From the NCBI GenBank assembly GCA_017428085.1, contig JAFRRP010000069.1, positions 3,088 to 67,087 on the forward strand: a stretch of DNA of 64,000 nucleotides, read 5' to 3'. This stretch comes from Clostridia bacterium (GTDB taxonomy: Bacteria > Bacillota > Clostridia > Oscillospirales > Acutalibacteraceae). The position numbers and the translations under genes are program-made. Positions 46,199 through 57,389 of this stretch are shown here, in pieces. The first letter of the stretch is position 1; each line of letters starts with the position of its first letter. Below the pieces are notes generated by a model. The model saw nothing but the letters and a program-made list of their open reading frames with translations. It made no database searches and was not told the DNA's origin.

Positions 46199-48424
46199 AT
46201 GCCTAACAGCAAAGAAAAAACGCTTGATCTTAAAGATATTGAGAAGGCCGAGAAAGAGTATTTCTCATGGCTGTCAAATGCCGTTTCTCCTTACGCTCAT
46301 AAAGAGATTGCATCCTCGTATAGAATTCTAAATTCTATGCTAGTTCAAAAAAAGGTGCTTCCTCAAGCAATATGTGCTATAACGCAGATCGAGCAAGTTG
46401 AAACCGCACTTCATAAGGTTAGGATGGTGTTTGGAAGCAAAAAATTGCGGAATACAGCATCGAAGACGCTTGAGCTCTATCTGACCTTTTTGCGAGAAAA
46501 GGAAAGCACAACCACTGCAAACTATACCTCTGAAATTGAAATTGGAGAGAATTGGATTCGTTTCGATTCTTTAAATGCACAGGCTTTTGAGAGAACGGTT
46601 CCAGTCTATTGCTGTATAAACGGAACAAATATTCAAGGAAAAAACTGGGCGCGGATTCTTGTCGCTCTTGTAGAGAATGAACTTGCTAATATGAATCCAG
46701 CATTGGATGATCTTTACGATAATCCCCTGGTTGAAAACAGGGCCAACAGATCGTTCTTTATGAAGCAAGCAATACTTGGACAGAATTGCTCTGAGCTTTC
46801 CAATGGTTACTGGATTAGTATCAATTATAATATTCCTAAGTTGATGGAGATCATTCGATCATTTTGCCTGCATTGTGGATATAGTGAAAACCAAGTTGTA
46901 CTTTATGGAGTCCCAAGAGGAAAGAAAGAAGAAGCTGCGATTGAGCGAAAACCGTTTGATTTACAAGAGGCAGTAATTCTTTTGGATGTGTACTTGCTCG
47001 AAAAGAGTAGCAATCTTACAAGAACAGAAGCAGCGGCTATAGCATCTAAACGCCTGCGCAGATTTGCTGAGCGTAGAGGTATGATCATTTCTGATTCTTT
47101 CCGAAGCCCGATGGGCCTCCAAAATAGAATCAGGAGTATTGCCGGTATTTTCGAAGGAATCGAATCCGTTTCCGCCCCTGGCACGGAAGTGTTCAATTTA
47201 GCAGTCGAACTCTACAAAAACAACAATCAAGTTTATCAGCAAATTCTCCATGATGCAAAGGATCCATCTGATCAAACTGCAGATGAAATGGGCAACACCG
47301 AAAGTAGAACAGCCCGCAGTGTCAACATGGAAAAAGTTGAAGAAGCATTGAAAAATGCTGGGCTCCAAGGGCTTACGATTCAGGAGCTGATTGACACGGT
47401 TCTGCCAGGTGCGTCGGTCTCGTCAACACGGAATGCCTTAGATGAGGACAAGAGCATCATTGCGATGCCAGGTAATCGTTTTCTCCACGAGGACAGTTTC
47501 GTGGACATGGATGAAGCCGAGGATGCTCTTAGGAGAATCCTCAGCACACACTTTGCACAATTTGGCGGTTATAGCAACAACCAGCTTCTCTTTGGCGCAG
47601 CATCTCAGGAGCTTTCAATGTTTCTGAACGATAACGACTGCGAAAGCATAGATGCTGTGTATGCGATTGCGCGATTCTTGTTTGAAAAGAAAGCCGTTAC
47701 CGGAATGCCGTATAAGTTCTACGCTCCTCACATTTTCGAGGTTGAGCCGGATTATCCCATGACTCTTAGAGGCCTGATGATTCATCTCGCCAGAAGTAAT
47801 GGCGGCATTCTTTATGAAGGTGAGGCAAAGAACTATCTTCAAAAGATCATGCTTTCCTACGGGGGCATGGGGCAGCTGCTACAGATTGGAAGTTCGAATA
47901 CTTTTCTCATGTATGACGATGACAGATATCTTTTAAGCGAATCAATCGGCATAAATGATGCCTGGTGTCTCCGAATGCATGACAGGATAGATGATCTGTT
48001 CCGCAAGGCAAATGTGGCATATGTGATCCCAAGAGATATCAGCGAAGCATGGTTAAATATGCTGCCTGCTCTGCCGCAGGGCCTTTGCTGGACAAGGCTT
48101 CTTATGCAAGAAGTGCTGGACAAGTATCCAGCGATTGGATTCAAATCTATATCAGCTGATTTGAATCAATCGCACCACACACTAGCAGCTGCTTTTGTGC
48201 CCGTAGATTCTCCCCTTCAGTCTTTTCCTGATATAGTAACGCTTTTCATGGAGGAACGGCACGACCTTCCGATGCGTATGCCGGGTGAAGAGCTGAGATT
48301 AGAGTTGAGAGATGCGGGCATGTTGGAAGCAGGCGAAATGATCTATGCACTTCCTAAGGCACTGGACGACTATCGCTTCGCGTGGACAGATGAGAATAAG
48401 ACGGTGCTGATTCGCGGAAACTGA
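46199..48424 (+). CDS. Large hypothetical protein (741 aa) heading the BREX-like operon
   Basis: GGGAGAGAG RBS and AT-rich codon usage matching the downstream brx genes. No catalytic motif is seen. There is a possible winged-helix (HARE-HTH-like) segment GLTIQELIDTVLPGASVSSTRNALDEDKSIIAMPGNRFLH. Confidence 0.7.
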   Translation: MPNSKEKTLDLKDIEKAEKEYFSWLSNAVSPYAHKEIASSYRILNSMLVQKKVLPQAICAITQIEQVETALHKVRMVFGSKKLRNTASKTLELYLTFLREKESTTTANYTSEIEIGENWIRFDSLNAQAFERTVPVYCCINGTNIQGKNWARILVALVENELANMNPALDDLYDNPLVENRANRSFFMKQAILGQNCSELSNGYWISINYNIPKLMEIIRSFCLHCGYSENQVVLYGVPRGKKEEAAIERKPFDLQEAVILLDVYLLEKSSNLTRTEAAAIASKRLRRFAERRGMIISDSFRSPMGLQNRIRSIAGIFEGIESVSAPGTEVFNLAVELYKNNNQVYQQILHDAKDPSDQTADEMGNTESRTARSVNMEKVEEALKNAGLQGLTIQELIDTVLPGASVSSTRNALDEDKSIIAMPGNRFLHEDSFVDMDEAEDALRRILSTHFAQFGGYSNNQLLFGAASQELSMFLNDNDCESIDAVYAIARFLFEKKAVTGMPYKFYAPHIFEVEPDYPMTLRGLMIHLARSNGGILYEGEAKNYLQKIMLSYGGMGQLLQIGSSNTFLMYDDDRYLLSESIGINDAWCLRMHDRIDDLFRKANVAYVIPRDISEAWLNMLPALPQGLCWTRLLMQEVLDKYPAIGFKSISADLNQSHHTLAAAFVPVDSPLQSFPDIVTLFMEERHDLPMRMPGEELRLELRDAGMLEAGEMIYALPKALDDYRFAWTDENKTVLIRGN

Positions 48425-48456
48425 TTGCGATCAGCCTTAGAAATAGAGGATATAAT

Positions 48457-50796
48457 ATGTATGGATACGAATGGACGGACCAAAACGGAATATACAAACT
48501 GTCCGTAAATAGCAAAATACAAAAAGAGATTCGTCCAGTTTTCAAAGAGGAGCTAGATTATTTTGGCTTCAATGAGCACTGGACATATCCGGATACAAAA
48601 GCACCACTTTTATGGGCGGAGGGTATTCGGCGCTATGTGTTGAACGGCGTTTGTGTAGCAGAAGCGGTTGGCGGTGGTTTCTACACAAAACCCACAATAA
48701 AATACTACACCGAGGACCTGGCACTCGATCCCATTGACATTGAAATGCTCTGGCAACAAAACGAACGCCTGATGTTGGGGCTCGAAAAAACCGCTATGGA
48801 TTTTATCCGCAGCACTCATGATAAATATGAAAAAGATGGCATGGCTTTTGCCGTTGCTTTCAGTGGTGGAAAGGATTCGCTTGTCCTTCTCGATCTTGTC
48901 GCTCGGACGCTTTCCCCGGATAAGTTCTGTGTTGTCTTTAGCAATACCGGAATGGAGCTTTCCACAACCCTAAAGTCTGTAGAAAAGGCAAAACAGCACT
49001 GGCCGTCGCTGAAGTTTTATGAGGCGAAGAGCCATCTTGATCCTGAAGAAAGCTGGGACGAGTTTGGCCCCCCAGGCCGCAGAATGCGGTGGTGTTGTGC
49101 AGTACATAAATCTGTTCCCACCATATTGCTATTACGAGAGATTACTGGCGACTATAATGTGAAAGCAGTTGTGTTTGATGGTGTGCGAGCTGAGGAGAGT
49201 GCAGCAAGAGCTGATCGTGATGAAATCAGCGTTGGGGCCAAAAACATAAACCAGATAAACTGTAGCCCCATACTAAAGTGGGGAACATCAGAGCTGTTTA
49301 TCTATTTGCTCCATAATAATATTTTGTTGAATGATGCATACCGTCTTGGCCTGTTCAGAGTGGGCTGTATCGTCTGCCCTATGTCTTCAAATTGGTGGGA
49401 CGGAATAGTAAATGATGTATATCCTGAGGAAATGCACGAACTGCTTTCGAAGGTTGAAATGTATTCAGCGGCAACCAAACCACAGAGTGAAGTTTCGAAG
49501 TTTATTGAACAAGGTGGCTGGAAAGCTCGCATGGGTGGCCGTGGGCTGAAAAATGGTGGAAACCGTGTAGTGGAACGAATAGCTGATGATCGGATTGCTT
49601 TTAGCTTCACTTCAAAAAGTCAAAATTGGTTAGATGTTTGTAGCATTCTTGGTCCCATCGTTTATAAGGACGAGGGCATTTATACGCAGATAATCGGAAA
49701 ACAAGAATTCCAGTTTCGGATTGTTTCCGAAGATACTCCGGCAGTAATTTATTGGCCCTATTCAAAGATGGACAGATTTGTCTTAAGCCATTTAAGAGGG
49801 GTTGCGAACAAAACAGCATACTGCTTTGGGTGTAAAGCCTGCGAAGTACAATGTCCGGTCAACGCATTTACAATCACTGAAAATGGACACATCTATATCA
49901 GAGAAGAGAATTGCATCCACTGTTATAATTGCATTGAATTTACGAATGGAAAAGGCTGTCTGGCAGCCAAATCGCTTTCAGTTACGGGAGGAGGAAATGG
50001 TATGGATCTAAAGGGGATGAACAGGTATCAGCACTTTGGGCTTAGACGTCCCTGGCTCGAGCATTTCTTTGCAAACAAGGAGGACTGCTTTACGATGGGA
50101 GTTCTTGGAAATCGTCAGTACGATTCCCTCAAAGTCTGGCTTCGGGAAAGTGATCTTTTGACGGCCAGCGGGAAAGGCGAGAAGTCTGGGGTTACCACAC
50201 CGCTTTTTGATAAACTTCAACCCATGGGAGCGGGCAACCCACTAACCTGGGCAATCATCTGGACGAATCTTGCCTACAATTCGATCATTGTAAAGTGGTA
50301 TATGCTAAATGCCCCTTCCGGTGAGGTCTATGATAAAAACGATCTTATCTTCCTCCTTGGTGATGACTATTCTAAATCCACCCGCGATAATGCAGTAACT
50401 GCATTGCTTGAAACGTTCCGACATAGCCCGATCGGTACTGTGCTGAAGCAAGGTATTCCAATCCCGAGCGGTACCAGCTATAAGTTCTCAAAGCAAGGCT
50501 GGAATACTCCGGATGCCGTTGCAATTCTATACGCGCTTTATATGTGGGCAGAGGCAACCGGCCGCTACACCTTTACGCTGAGCCAGCTGGCTGCTGCACG
50601 AGGCAACGCCGATGCTAAGGGTGTCGATCCGGTATCTATCTTCGGAATAAATCCAGATCGGTTTAAAGACATCCTGCAGGACATTGCGTTACAATTCGAT
50701 AAATACATCCGCACGACATTCGTTGCGGATCTGGATAATGTACAGCTCTTCCCTGAGTATAGGTCACTTGACATCCTAGATTTGATTGTGAAGTAA
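48457..50796 (+). CDS. brxP: BrxP-like PAPS-reductase/DndC-like PP-loop protein with ferredoxin-type 4Fe-4S motifs
   Basis: PP-loop AVAFSGGKDSLVLLDL, then RMRWCCAVHK and DGVRAEES (PAPS_reduct/DndC-like). Cys clusters CFGCKACEVQCP and CIHCYNCIEF..GKGC. AGAGGA RBS. Confidence 0.75.
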   Translation: MYGYEWTDQNGIYKLSVNSKIQKEIRPVFKEELDYFGFNEHWTYPDTKAPLLWAEGIRRYVLNGVCVAEAVGGGFYTKPTIKYYTEDLALDPIDIEMLWQQNERLMLGLEKTAMDFIRSTHDKYEKDGMAFAVAFSGGKDSLVLLDLVARTLSPDKFCVVFSNTGMELSTTLKSVEKAKQHWPSLKFYEAKSHLDPEESWDEFGPPGRRMRWCCAVHKSVPTILLLREITGDYNVKAVVFDGVRAEESAARADRDEISVGAKNINQINCSPILKWGTSELFIYLLHNNILLNDAYRLGLFRVGCIVCPMSSNWWDGIVNDVYPEEMHELLSKVEMYSAATKPQSEVSKFIEQGGWKARMGGRGLKNGGNRVVERIADDRIAFSFTSKSQNWLDVCSILGPIVYKDEGIYTQIIGKQEFQFRIVSEDTPAVIYWPYSKMDRFVLSHLRGVANKTAYCFGCKACEVQCPVNAFTITENGHIYIREENCIHCYNCIEFTNGKGCLAAKSLSVTGGGNGMDLKGMNRYQHFGLRRPWLEHFFANKEDCFTMGVLGNRQYDSLKVWLRESDLLTASGKGEKSGVTTPLFDKLQPMGAGNPLTWAIIWTNLAYNSIIVKWYMLNAPSGEVYDKNDLIFLLGDDYSKSTRDNAVTALLETFRHSPIGTVLKQGIPIPSGTSYKFSKQGWNTPDAVAILYALYMWAEATGRYTFTLSQLAAARGNADAKGVDPVSIFGINPDRFKDILQDIALQFDKYIRTTFVADLDNVQLFPEYRSLDILDLIVK

Positions 50797-50808
50797 GGAG
50801 GCGGCATT

Positions 50809-53800
50809 ATGGCAAAGTATAATACCTATATTGAATTAAGCCCTCACTATGAGTCGGTTGTGGACATCGATTCAGAATCCCGCCATCCTGAAATGTGGCA
50901 GGAGTATATCGTCCACGAAGATATGAAGGGTGCTATAGAAGTCATCTGCGATTCTCTGAAATATGAGGACGAGGATAAACGACGTTCCTTCTGGATCCAT
51001 GGTGCATACGGTACCGGCAAGAGCTATGCTGCCATTGTGCTGAAGCACCTCTTTGAGGATAGCATCCCCAATATCCGCAAGTTCCTGTCCAATCAGATGC
51101 TAATTCCTTATAGAGAACGGTTCCTCTTCATCCGCGAAAAGGGTGACTTTCTTGTAATTTGGAAGAGCCAAGCTACCGATATCCGGAGCGGTATTCAGCT
51201 CATGATGACGATGGAAGACGCTATCCGCACCAAGCTGAAAGAAAAGTATGGCGATTCTGCGTACTACGGCAAGAAATCTCTTGTTGCCGCGGCGCAAGAG
51301 AAGGTAAAAGATGCCTCTATCAATTGGGACGAGCTATTCCAAAACCAAACCTATGCATTGTTTGAAGAGTATGGTTCTGTTGATCAATTCCGCGAAGATG
51401 TATTGGCTGGTAGCCTGAAGGCAGCCGGTATTGTTGCGCGTATTTTCCGAGACAAAGGCTGGGGCTTTTTCACCAGCCTGAAAGATTTCAAAGAGTGGGT
51501 GACAGATGTTATTGAAGGAAACCATCTTCAGGACACGGGTATTATCTTCATCTGGGATGAGTTCACCTCTTATCTTCGAAACAATCCGACTGACGATGTC
51601 TTGCAGCCGTTATCGGAGTTTTGTAAGGAGCAGCCGTTCTTCATGTTCCTTATCGTGCATAGAGCGCCGAGCTGGGTAAGCCAGATCGGTGAAGAAATCT
51701 ATGAGCAAATCGTTCACCGTTACCACTCTCTCGACTTTCATGTCAGTGAAAGTGCGGCATATGAGCTGATAGGTAGTTCCATTTTAACCCGTGCAGGAAT
51801 GGATGATCAGTGGAATGCTATAAAAGATAGTTTAATGAAGTCGATTAGCAAGAACTTTGCTGATTTCGACAACTTGGACATGAGCAATAAAAAAGAGCGC
51901 CTCCGTCAGCTTTGCCCACTGCATCCAATGACGCTCTCTCTGCTTGCTATCGTTGCCCAGAACTTTGGTGCATCTCAACGCACACTGTTCCGTTTTATGA
52001 AAGACCCGAAAGAGTCCGAGCAGAACATGGGCTTTATTTACTATATAAATAATTTCGGTCCGGATGACTGGCGCTGGTTGACACCGGATTATCTTTGGGA
52101 TTATTTCTTCACCAGAGAAAGCGATGTGCGCAGTTTCTCACCGGAGGCGAAAAGCGCCTATCAGCATTACATGACCAAGCGGGAGTTTATTTCAGATGAT
52201 TATCACATGCATGTGTTTAAAGCAGCCATGCTGTTGATTGCGGTCATGTCTTCCGGTACAGTCAGTAATCTCTATAGTCAGGCGACACAGCGCAAGGTAT
52301 CTGCCACAAGCAGTACATTGTATAAATGCTTTGCAGGTCAGCTGACAAAAGAAGATGTGGAGATGTATCTTGCTGATTTGGAGCAGATTGGTGTTCTGCG
52401 TCTCGATGCCATGACCAGTGGTGACAAGCGCCTTCAAATTCCTTACAGTGGCAACGCAGACGTGTTCGATGTTCGCAAGGATATGCTTATGAAGAAGTAT
52501 ACCCGTTACGAACTCTTTAAAAAGGGCGGGGTTTTTGCCAAATCCATGGAGGCAAAAATCTGGGATAAAACAAGTGCGTCCTTTGGTAGAATGTATATCG
52601 CTGCATGCGATTTTGGAACTAATTCCATCAATTTGAGGTATAGTGAAGTCCAGGCTGAACTCAAAAAGTATCCATATAAATTCGGTATCCTCGCGATAGC
52701 GATTTCTGAAGCGAGCCAGTTTGCAACTATGCAGGATAAGGTAAAAAGCATTGCTGCGCAGGATACTACAGGTCGCATGGCTATTTATTTAATGAAGTCT
52801 CCGCTTACTGACGATCATCTGGATCGCTGGTATAATGCCATGACCCATTCGGAGCTTGCTGCCGAAGAGGGAAAAAGTGGTGATGCTGAACGCTATTCCG
52901 ATGAAGCCAGCACTATAATTGAAGAGTGGTCCGGAACAGCAAAAGATGACCAGCTGATGGTTGTCTGCGGAGAGAAGGTTTATCCATCTGAATATGGGAC
53001 GGAATACTTTGCTCCTAAGTTGGAGCGGGACATTCTGTTCGGCTCAATTTTCACAGCAGCCCCGGAGCTTGTCGTTACAACAAATACAGCATTTAAAAAG
53101 ATTCAGCAGAGCACTGCGCTGGCTGGGGTCCAGAAATCTACGCCTAATACACAGATTGGTAATATTGTCAACGGTTTAAAACAAGCAGGTGTTTGGGATA
53201 CACAGGGGCTTGAGAAGCTCGCACAAAGCGCTGGCAACGATGGAGCTATTGCTGTTGCAAAGATAGCTAATTTCATCCTGCAGCGTTTTTCACAGGGCAC
53301 GCAAATCAAGCTGGATGCATTTTGGCAGGAACTGCAGGAGGCGCCATTCGGATACTACAACAATATGACATGCGGATATATTCTTGGCTTTCTGCTAAGA
53401 TATTATGTCAACAGCGAGTTCAGCTGGAATAAGGGAGATAATAACCCTTGGCCGTTGACCGATCAGACGCTTGCAACAATGATTACGGCCATCTGCAAAG
53501 AGGAGGTTGTAAACAACTACTTGTCTCCTGGCTCTGAAATCTGGCAGAAGTTTAAGCCCTATGTACAAAAGGTCTTTATGCTGCAAGATGGTGAGACCGT
53601 CAATGAAACTGAGGCCCGAAAATATATTTCAAAGCAATGTACTGAGAAGGCGGGTGTGCCATTCTGGGTTCTGAAATACTTACCTGATGAAAAGTTTGGT
53701 GGCGCTGCAGCCAAGCAAGTTGCAAATGAAATAATAGATCTTTTCTGCGATTTTATGGCCGAAAATGGAGATCAGGAGCAGGTGATGGGCAACATCACCG

Positions 53801-55002
53801 TGAAGTTTACCGGTCATGGGCCTATCCGAAAAGCTCTATCAAATCTCTATTTTGATCAGAATACGGTATATGATGCCTTTAGCACGTTTATTACCCTCAA
53901 ATGCCCGGAACTTCAACAGCTAAAAGTGGGGATTTGCCTTACTAGCCACGATCTATTTGATGCTATTCACCAGATGATGCAGGGCCAAGTCTCTACATGG
54001 ACTGAAGACCAGGTGGAAGAGAAGCTCTCCGAGCTTTGCATAGAGTATCGTGCGGTTTCGATGCTAAACGACGCTCTCAATGTTAAGCGCAAGAGTATTA
54101 AGGCGCTGGGGGACGATATCGATAACGCCTTCGAAAACATGAAGATCCCCGGTACAGTGATCGAAAAACTGGGCTATGCCTGGATTCCCGCACTTAAGGC
54201 TATGCAGCAAATTGCTACTACCCAATGGTCGAAGATCGAACTGGCCGAGAGAAAGACCTATGTTCAGCTTCTTGCGAATGATGTACAAAAGGCATGGACT
54301 AGTATAACCTCTCCTAAAGCAATCCTTCAGAGGTACATGGAAAAGCATGGCCACAACTGCACCGAAGAAGAGCTGGACGGAATCTATGCAGCACTGAAGG
54401 CTGTAAAATACAATTCACCTGCTTCTGATTTCGATGCCAGGATCGATGTTCAGCTTAATAAAATAGCTTATAACCGGAACAAGGTGCGTATTCAGGAGCT
54501 ATGGAAAGCACAGAGTGGCTTTGATTCTGTTGCACAGTGGTGCGATAGTTATGCAGTACCGATTCAATGGGTTATTAGTGACGAAGCTTTGCTACACGTT
54601 ACTGTATTAAAGACCGTGCAGGATGGGATGCTCACTGATAATACATCTCTTCACAATGCCACACAATATTTTGAATGCAATACAATCAGTGTACTGAAAG
54701 ATAAAAAAGCCATTCTTGACTGCTTTATTGCACAGATAGGTGATAGTTATCGGGCGGCATTTGAGGCATCCGGCATGGTGCTTGTTTCCCGCTTAAAAAC
54801 CAATAGCAAGCTGTCTTCAGATGTCTATTCCTGGGCGAACAAGGTTGGAGAAATTCGTAAGACAATTGATTCATTCCTTCGGGATAAGTATTGCGGGAAT
54901 GCAAAGAACAGAGTGAAGACCATGCCGGAAGACCAGTTGCGTGATAGAGTAATTCAACTGTTGGATGAAAACCCTGATCTCTATACCCTGTTCATCAACT
55001 AA
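50809..55002 (+). CDS. brxC: BrxC/PglY-like giant P-loop ATPase (1397 aa)
   Basis: Walker A IHGAYGTGKSYAA near the N-terminus and Walker B GIIFIWDEFTSYL. Its size and its position between brxP and pglZ fit. AAGGAGG RBS. Confidence 0.7.
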   Translation: MAKYNTYIELSPHYESVVDIDSESRHPEMWQEYIVHEDMKGAIEVICDSLKYEDEDKRRSFWIHGAYGTGKSYAAIVLKHLFEDSIPNIRKFLSNQMLIPYRERFLFIREKGDFLVIWKSQATDIRSGIQLMMTMEDAIRTKLKEKYGDSAYYGKKSLVAAAQEKVKDASINWDELFQNQTYALFEEYGSVDQFREDVLAGSLKAAGIVARIFRDKGWGFFTSLKDFKEWVTDVIEGNHLQDTGIIFIWDEFTSYLRNNPTDDVLQPLSEFCKEQPFFMFLIVHRAPSWVSQIGEEIYEQIVHRYHSLDFHVSESAAYELIGSSILTRAGMDDQWNAIKDSLMKSISKNFADFDNLDMSNKKERLRQLCPLHPMTLSLLAIVAQNFGASQRTLFRFMKDPKESEQNMGFIYYINNFGPDDWRWLTPDYLWDYFFTRESDVRSFSPEAKSAYQHYMTKREFISDDYHMHVFKAAMLLIAVMSSGTVSNLYSQATQRKVSATSSTLYKCFAGQLTKEDVEMYLADLEQIGVLRLDAMTSGDKRLQIPYSGNADVFDVRKDMLMKKYTRYELFKKGGVFAKSMEAKIWDKTSASFGRMYIAACDFGTNSINLRYSEVQAELKKYPYKFGILAIAISEASQFATMQDKVKSIAAQDTTGRMAIYLMKSPLTDDHLDRWYNAMTHSELAAEEGKSGDAERYSDEASTIIEEWSGTAKDDQLMVVCGEKVYPSEYGTEYFAPKLERDILFGSIFTAAPELVVTTNTAFKKIQQSTALAGVQKSTPNTQIGNIVNGLKQAGVWDTQGLEKLAQSAGNDGAIAVAKIANFILQRFSQGTQIKLDAFWQELQEAPFGYYNNMTCGYILGFLLRYYVNSEFSWNKGDNNPWPLTDQTLATMITAICKEEVVNNYLSPGSEIWQKFKPYVQKVFMLQDGETVNETEARKYISKQCTEKAGVPFWVLKYLPDEKFGGAAAKQVANEIIDLFCDFMAENGDQEQVMGNITVKFTGHGPIRKALSNLYFDQNTVYDAFSTFITLKCPELQQLKVGICLTSHDLFDAIHQMMQGQVSTWTEDQVEEKLSELCIEYRAVSMLNDALNVKRKSIKALGDDIDNAFENMKIPGTVIEKLGYAWIPALKAMQQIATTQWSKIELAERKTYVQLLANDVQKAWTSITSPKAILQRYMEKHGHNCTEEELDGIYAALKAVKYNSPASDFDARIDVQLNKIAYNRNKVRIQELWKAQSGFDSVAQWCDSYAVPIQWVISDEALLHVTVLKTVQDGMLTDNTSLHNATQYFECNTISVLKDKKAILDCFIAQIGDSYRAAFEASGMVLVSRLKTNSKLSSDVYSWANKVGEIRKTIDSFLRDKYCGNAKNRVKTMPEDQLRDRVIQLLDENPDLYTLFIN

Positions 55003-55019
55003 GAAAGGAGACCCGAGTC

Positions 55020-57389
55020 GTGACAATTACTGAAATCAAGGAAAAACTCAGTCAGGAGAGGGGCTTTGGTTCCCGTTTCCCGGCTCGGATTATCTTTACA
55101 GAGAGCCTCGACGCATATTCTCAGCTGGAAACTCAGCTGAAAGGAATCTGTGACGTTACGATCAACTTAGCAGATTTTTGCAGAGCGCCAGATACAGTTC
55201 CCCAATTCGACCAGATTAAGGCAAAACTTGATGAATACGAAGGAAAACAGATTTTGCTTCTTTCTGCTGGCGAGTATCTTCGTCTATGCATAAAACGGGA
55301 ATTGAATGTAGAGAGGCGACAGTTTCTGCCTTTCTGGGAAACACAACAGGCAGAATCGTCAAGGTCAAGAGTCATTATGCCCATGTTTTCCTGCAGGGAT
55401 CTATTCGATCGAGTAGTTGGCGCAGTAGACGAGCGTCAGCAGGATTATGTGTGGACCTTTGAAACGCCACAGAATACTAATCGTTACACTATATCTGTCT
55501 TTTCTCCGAAGTTTAAAGAAACAATCAGTGCGGACGCCGACAACCTGACTGAGTGGTTCCGTGATTGGCAAATTATTCTGCGGAGAGGCGTTCCCTGCAC
55601 TATTGTGACAATTCAAGAGAGTAATGTTGAAGCATCCTTTGGTAATGTCACAATCAAGCCAATCAATAGTCCCTTCTGCTACTTAACAGAGTGCTTAATC
55701 GATTCTGAAAGTCTGGTCGAGAAATGGGAAGACAGCGATTTTTGGAGCCAAATGGTTATATATGCTTCCAAATACCGTGAAAAGGCTTCATTTGCACAGA
55801 TTGTTGTTTCTGCATTGAACGTAAAGGCTTTTGACTTTGTTTCTGCTGTTGCAAGATGGAAGACTCTGAATGCTTTTCAAAAGGAACTTGTTTGGTTGTG
55901 GTACAGAGTATACCCGACAGGAGATTATTTTTCCTATGCCTGTCAAAAAGCTGTCGCCGCATCTGAGATCCCAGATAGAATTCGGGATGAGATTCTGTTG
56001 GTATCCAACAGAAGCAATTTATGGATTGAACAAAGAATGACAGCGATGAAGGCTTTGAACCTCTCCTCATTTTCTGATGAGTATTTTGCACTGATGGACA
56101 AGTTGCCTCTTGCAGAGACGAAGCTCCAACTTCTCACGTATCAGACCCATGAGGAAAAGACCTATGCCGTTAAAGTGATTAGCGGTCTTTTGCGCCAAGG
56201 TGCGGAGCCCGATGCAGTAGCCGGCATGATTGCGAATGACTATCCCGCTCTCGCGGCCTACATGAAAGAGCGAACCGGATGCAATGAATCGGTAGACGAG
56301 TACATGTCATGGTACCGTAAAAACAAAATCATCAACAGGTATCCAAGTGAACACTCTGGTCTCATTAACTTTGAACAATTTGACGCACGGTACAAACTAA
56401 TGCGCCCAATGAGTGGCAAGGATTGCGCTTCGTTTTGGATTGATGGCTTTGGCGTGGAGTATGCTCCAGTTTTCTTACATGAGCTGAAGTCTCGTGGGAT
56501 CACTCCTGACTCAGTAAAAATCGCAACTGCCCTTCTGCCTACCGAGACGGAATATAACCATCAATGGGACGAGAACGATCCATCAACTGAGAAATGGATT
56601 CGGCTGGATTCTTGCTCACATAAAGGAATGCCGGATGACAAGAGTTATTATTCATGCATTGTTCATCAATTGGCAGTTTTTGCTGAAGCTGCAAAGAAGG
56701 TCGAAGAGCTTCTGGGAAAGCATGATTATGTGATAGTTACCGGCGATCATGGCAGCAGCCGATTAGCTGCGCTTGCATTCCATGACCCTAGAGTTATTCC
56801 TGTGACAGCTCCCCAAAAATCGACAATCCATAGCTTTGGACGCTTCTGTGAACTCGATGAGAAATCTGTTGATATGATTGCTTTGCCGGGTACAAGTAAA
56901 GTAACTGCGACAATTGGAGGTAAAGCATTTCTGGTGATGAATACCTATCAGCACTTCTCCGTTAGCGGGAATGTAGCTGGTGGTAACACAGACGACCATG
57001 ATGTTGTTGGAGAGACTCACGGTGGCAACACCGCTGAAGAACGGCTTGTTCCAGTTATAATCATTAAAAGAAGCCAGCCGCTTGCTCCTCTTACCTGCAA
57101 GCCGAAAAGCCAGTATGTGACGAAACGAAACGGCCATATAGAAACGGCATTCTCGTTCAGTCAGCCCGTTTTAACTCTTGAAGTGTCTCAGGGAAACAAC
57201 AAAGCTTCTTGCACCGAAGTAGAGGATGGAAAATGGCTGGTGGTCATGGATAATGTGACCACGAATGATAAAGATGATATCGTTCTTTCCGTTATCGCAA
57301 ACGGCAGACTACTTCCCAATGTGATCCTCAAAGTAAAGACATCCGGTATCAGTAAGAACGCAGATCCGTTTGGTGGTATAGGCCTATGA
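55020..57389 (+). CDS. pglZ: PglZ-domain (alkaline-phosphatase-fold) protein
   Basis: C-terminal-half motifs FWIDGFGVEYAPVF, ALLPTETEYN and YVIVTGDHGSSR match the PglZ metal-site pattern. AAAGGAG RBS before GTG 55020. Confidence 0.75.
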   Translation: MTITEIKEKLSQERGFGSRFPARIIFTESLDAYSQLETQLKGICDVTINLADFCRAPDTVPQFDQIKAKLDEYEGKQILLLSAGEYLRLCIKRELNVERRQFLPFWETQQAESSRSRVIMPMFSCRDLFDRVVGAVDERQQDYVWTFETPQNTNRYTISVFSPKFKETISADADNLTEWFRDWQIILRRGVPCTIVTIQESNVEASFGNVTIKPINSPFCYLTECLIDSESLVEKWEDSDFWSQMVIYASKYREKASFAQIVVSALNVKAFDFVSAVARWKTLNAFQKELVWLWYRVYPTGDYFSYACQKAVAASEIPDRIRDEILLVSNRSNLWIEQRMTAMKALNLSSFSDEYFALMDKLPLAETKLQLLTYQTHEEKTYAVKVISGLLRQGAEPDAVAGMIANDYPALAAYMKERTGCNESVDEYMSWYRKNKIINRYPSEHSGLINFEQFDARYKLMRPMSGKDCASFWIDGFGVEYAPVFLHELKSRGITPDSVKIATALLPTETEYNHQWDENDPSTEKWIRLDSCSHKGMPDDKSYYSCIVHQLAVFAEAAKKVEELLGKHDYVIVTGDHGSSRLAALAFHDPRVIPVTAPQKSTIHSFGRFCELDEKSVDMIALPGTSKVTATIGGKAFLVMNTYQHFSVSGNVAGGNTDDHDVVGETHGGNTAEERLVPVIIIKRSQPLAPLTCKPKSQYVTKRNGHIETAFSFSQPVLTLEVSQGNNKASCTEVEDGKWLVVMDNVTTNDKDDIVLSVIANGRLLPNVILKVKTSGISKNADPFGGIGL

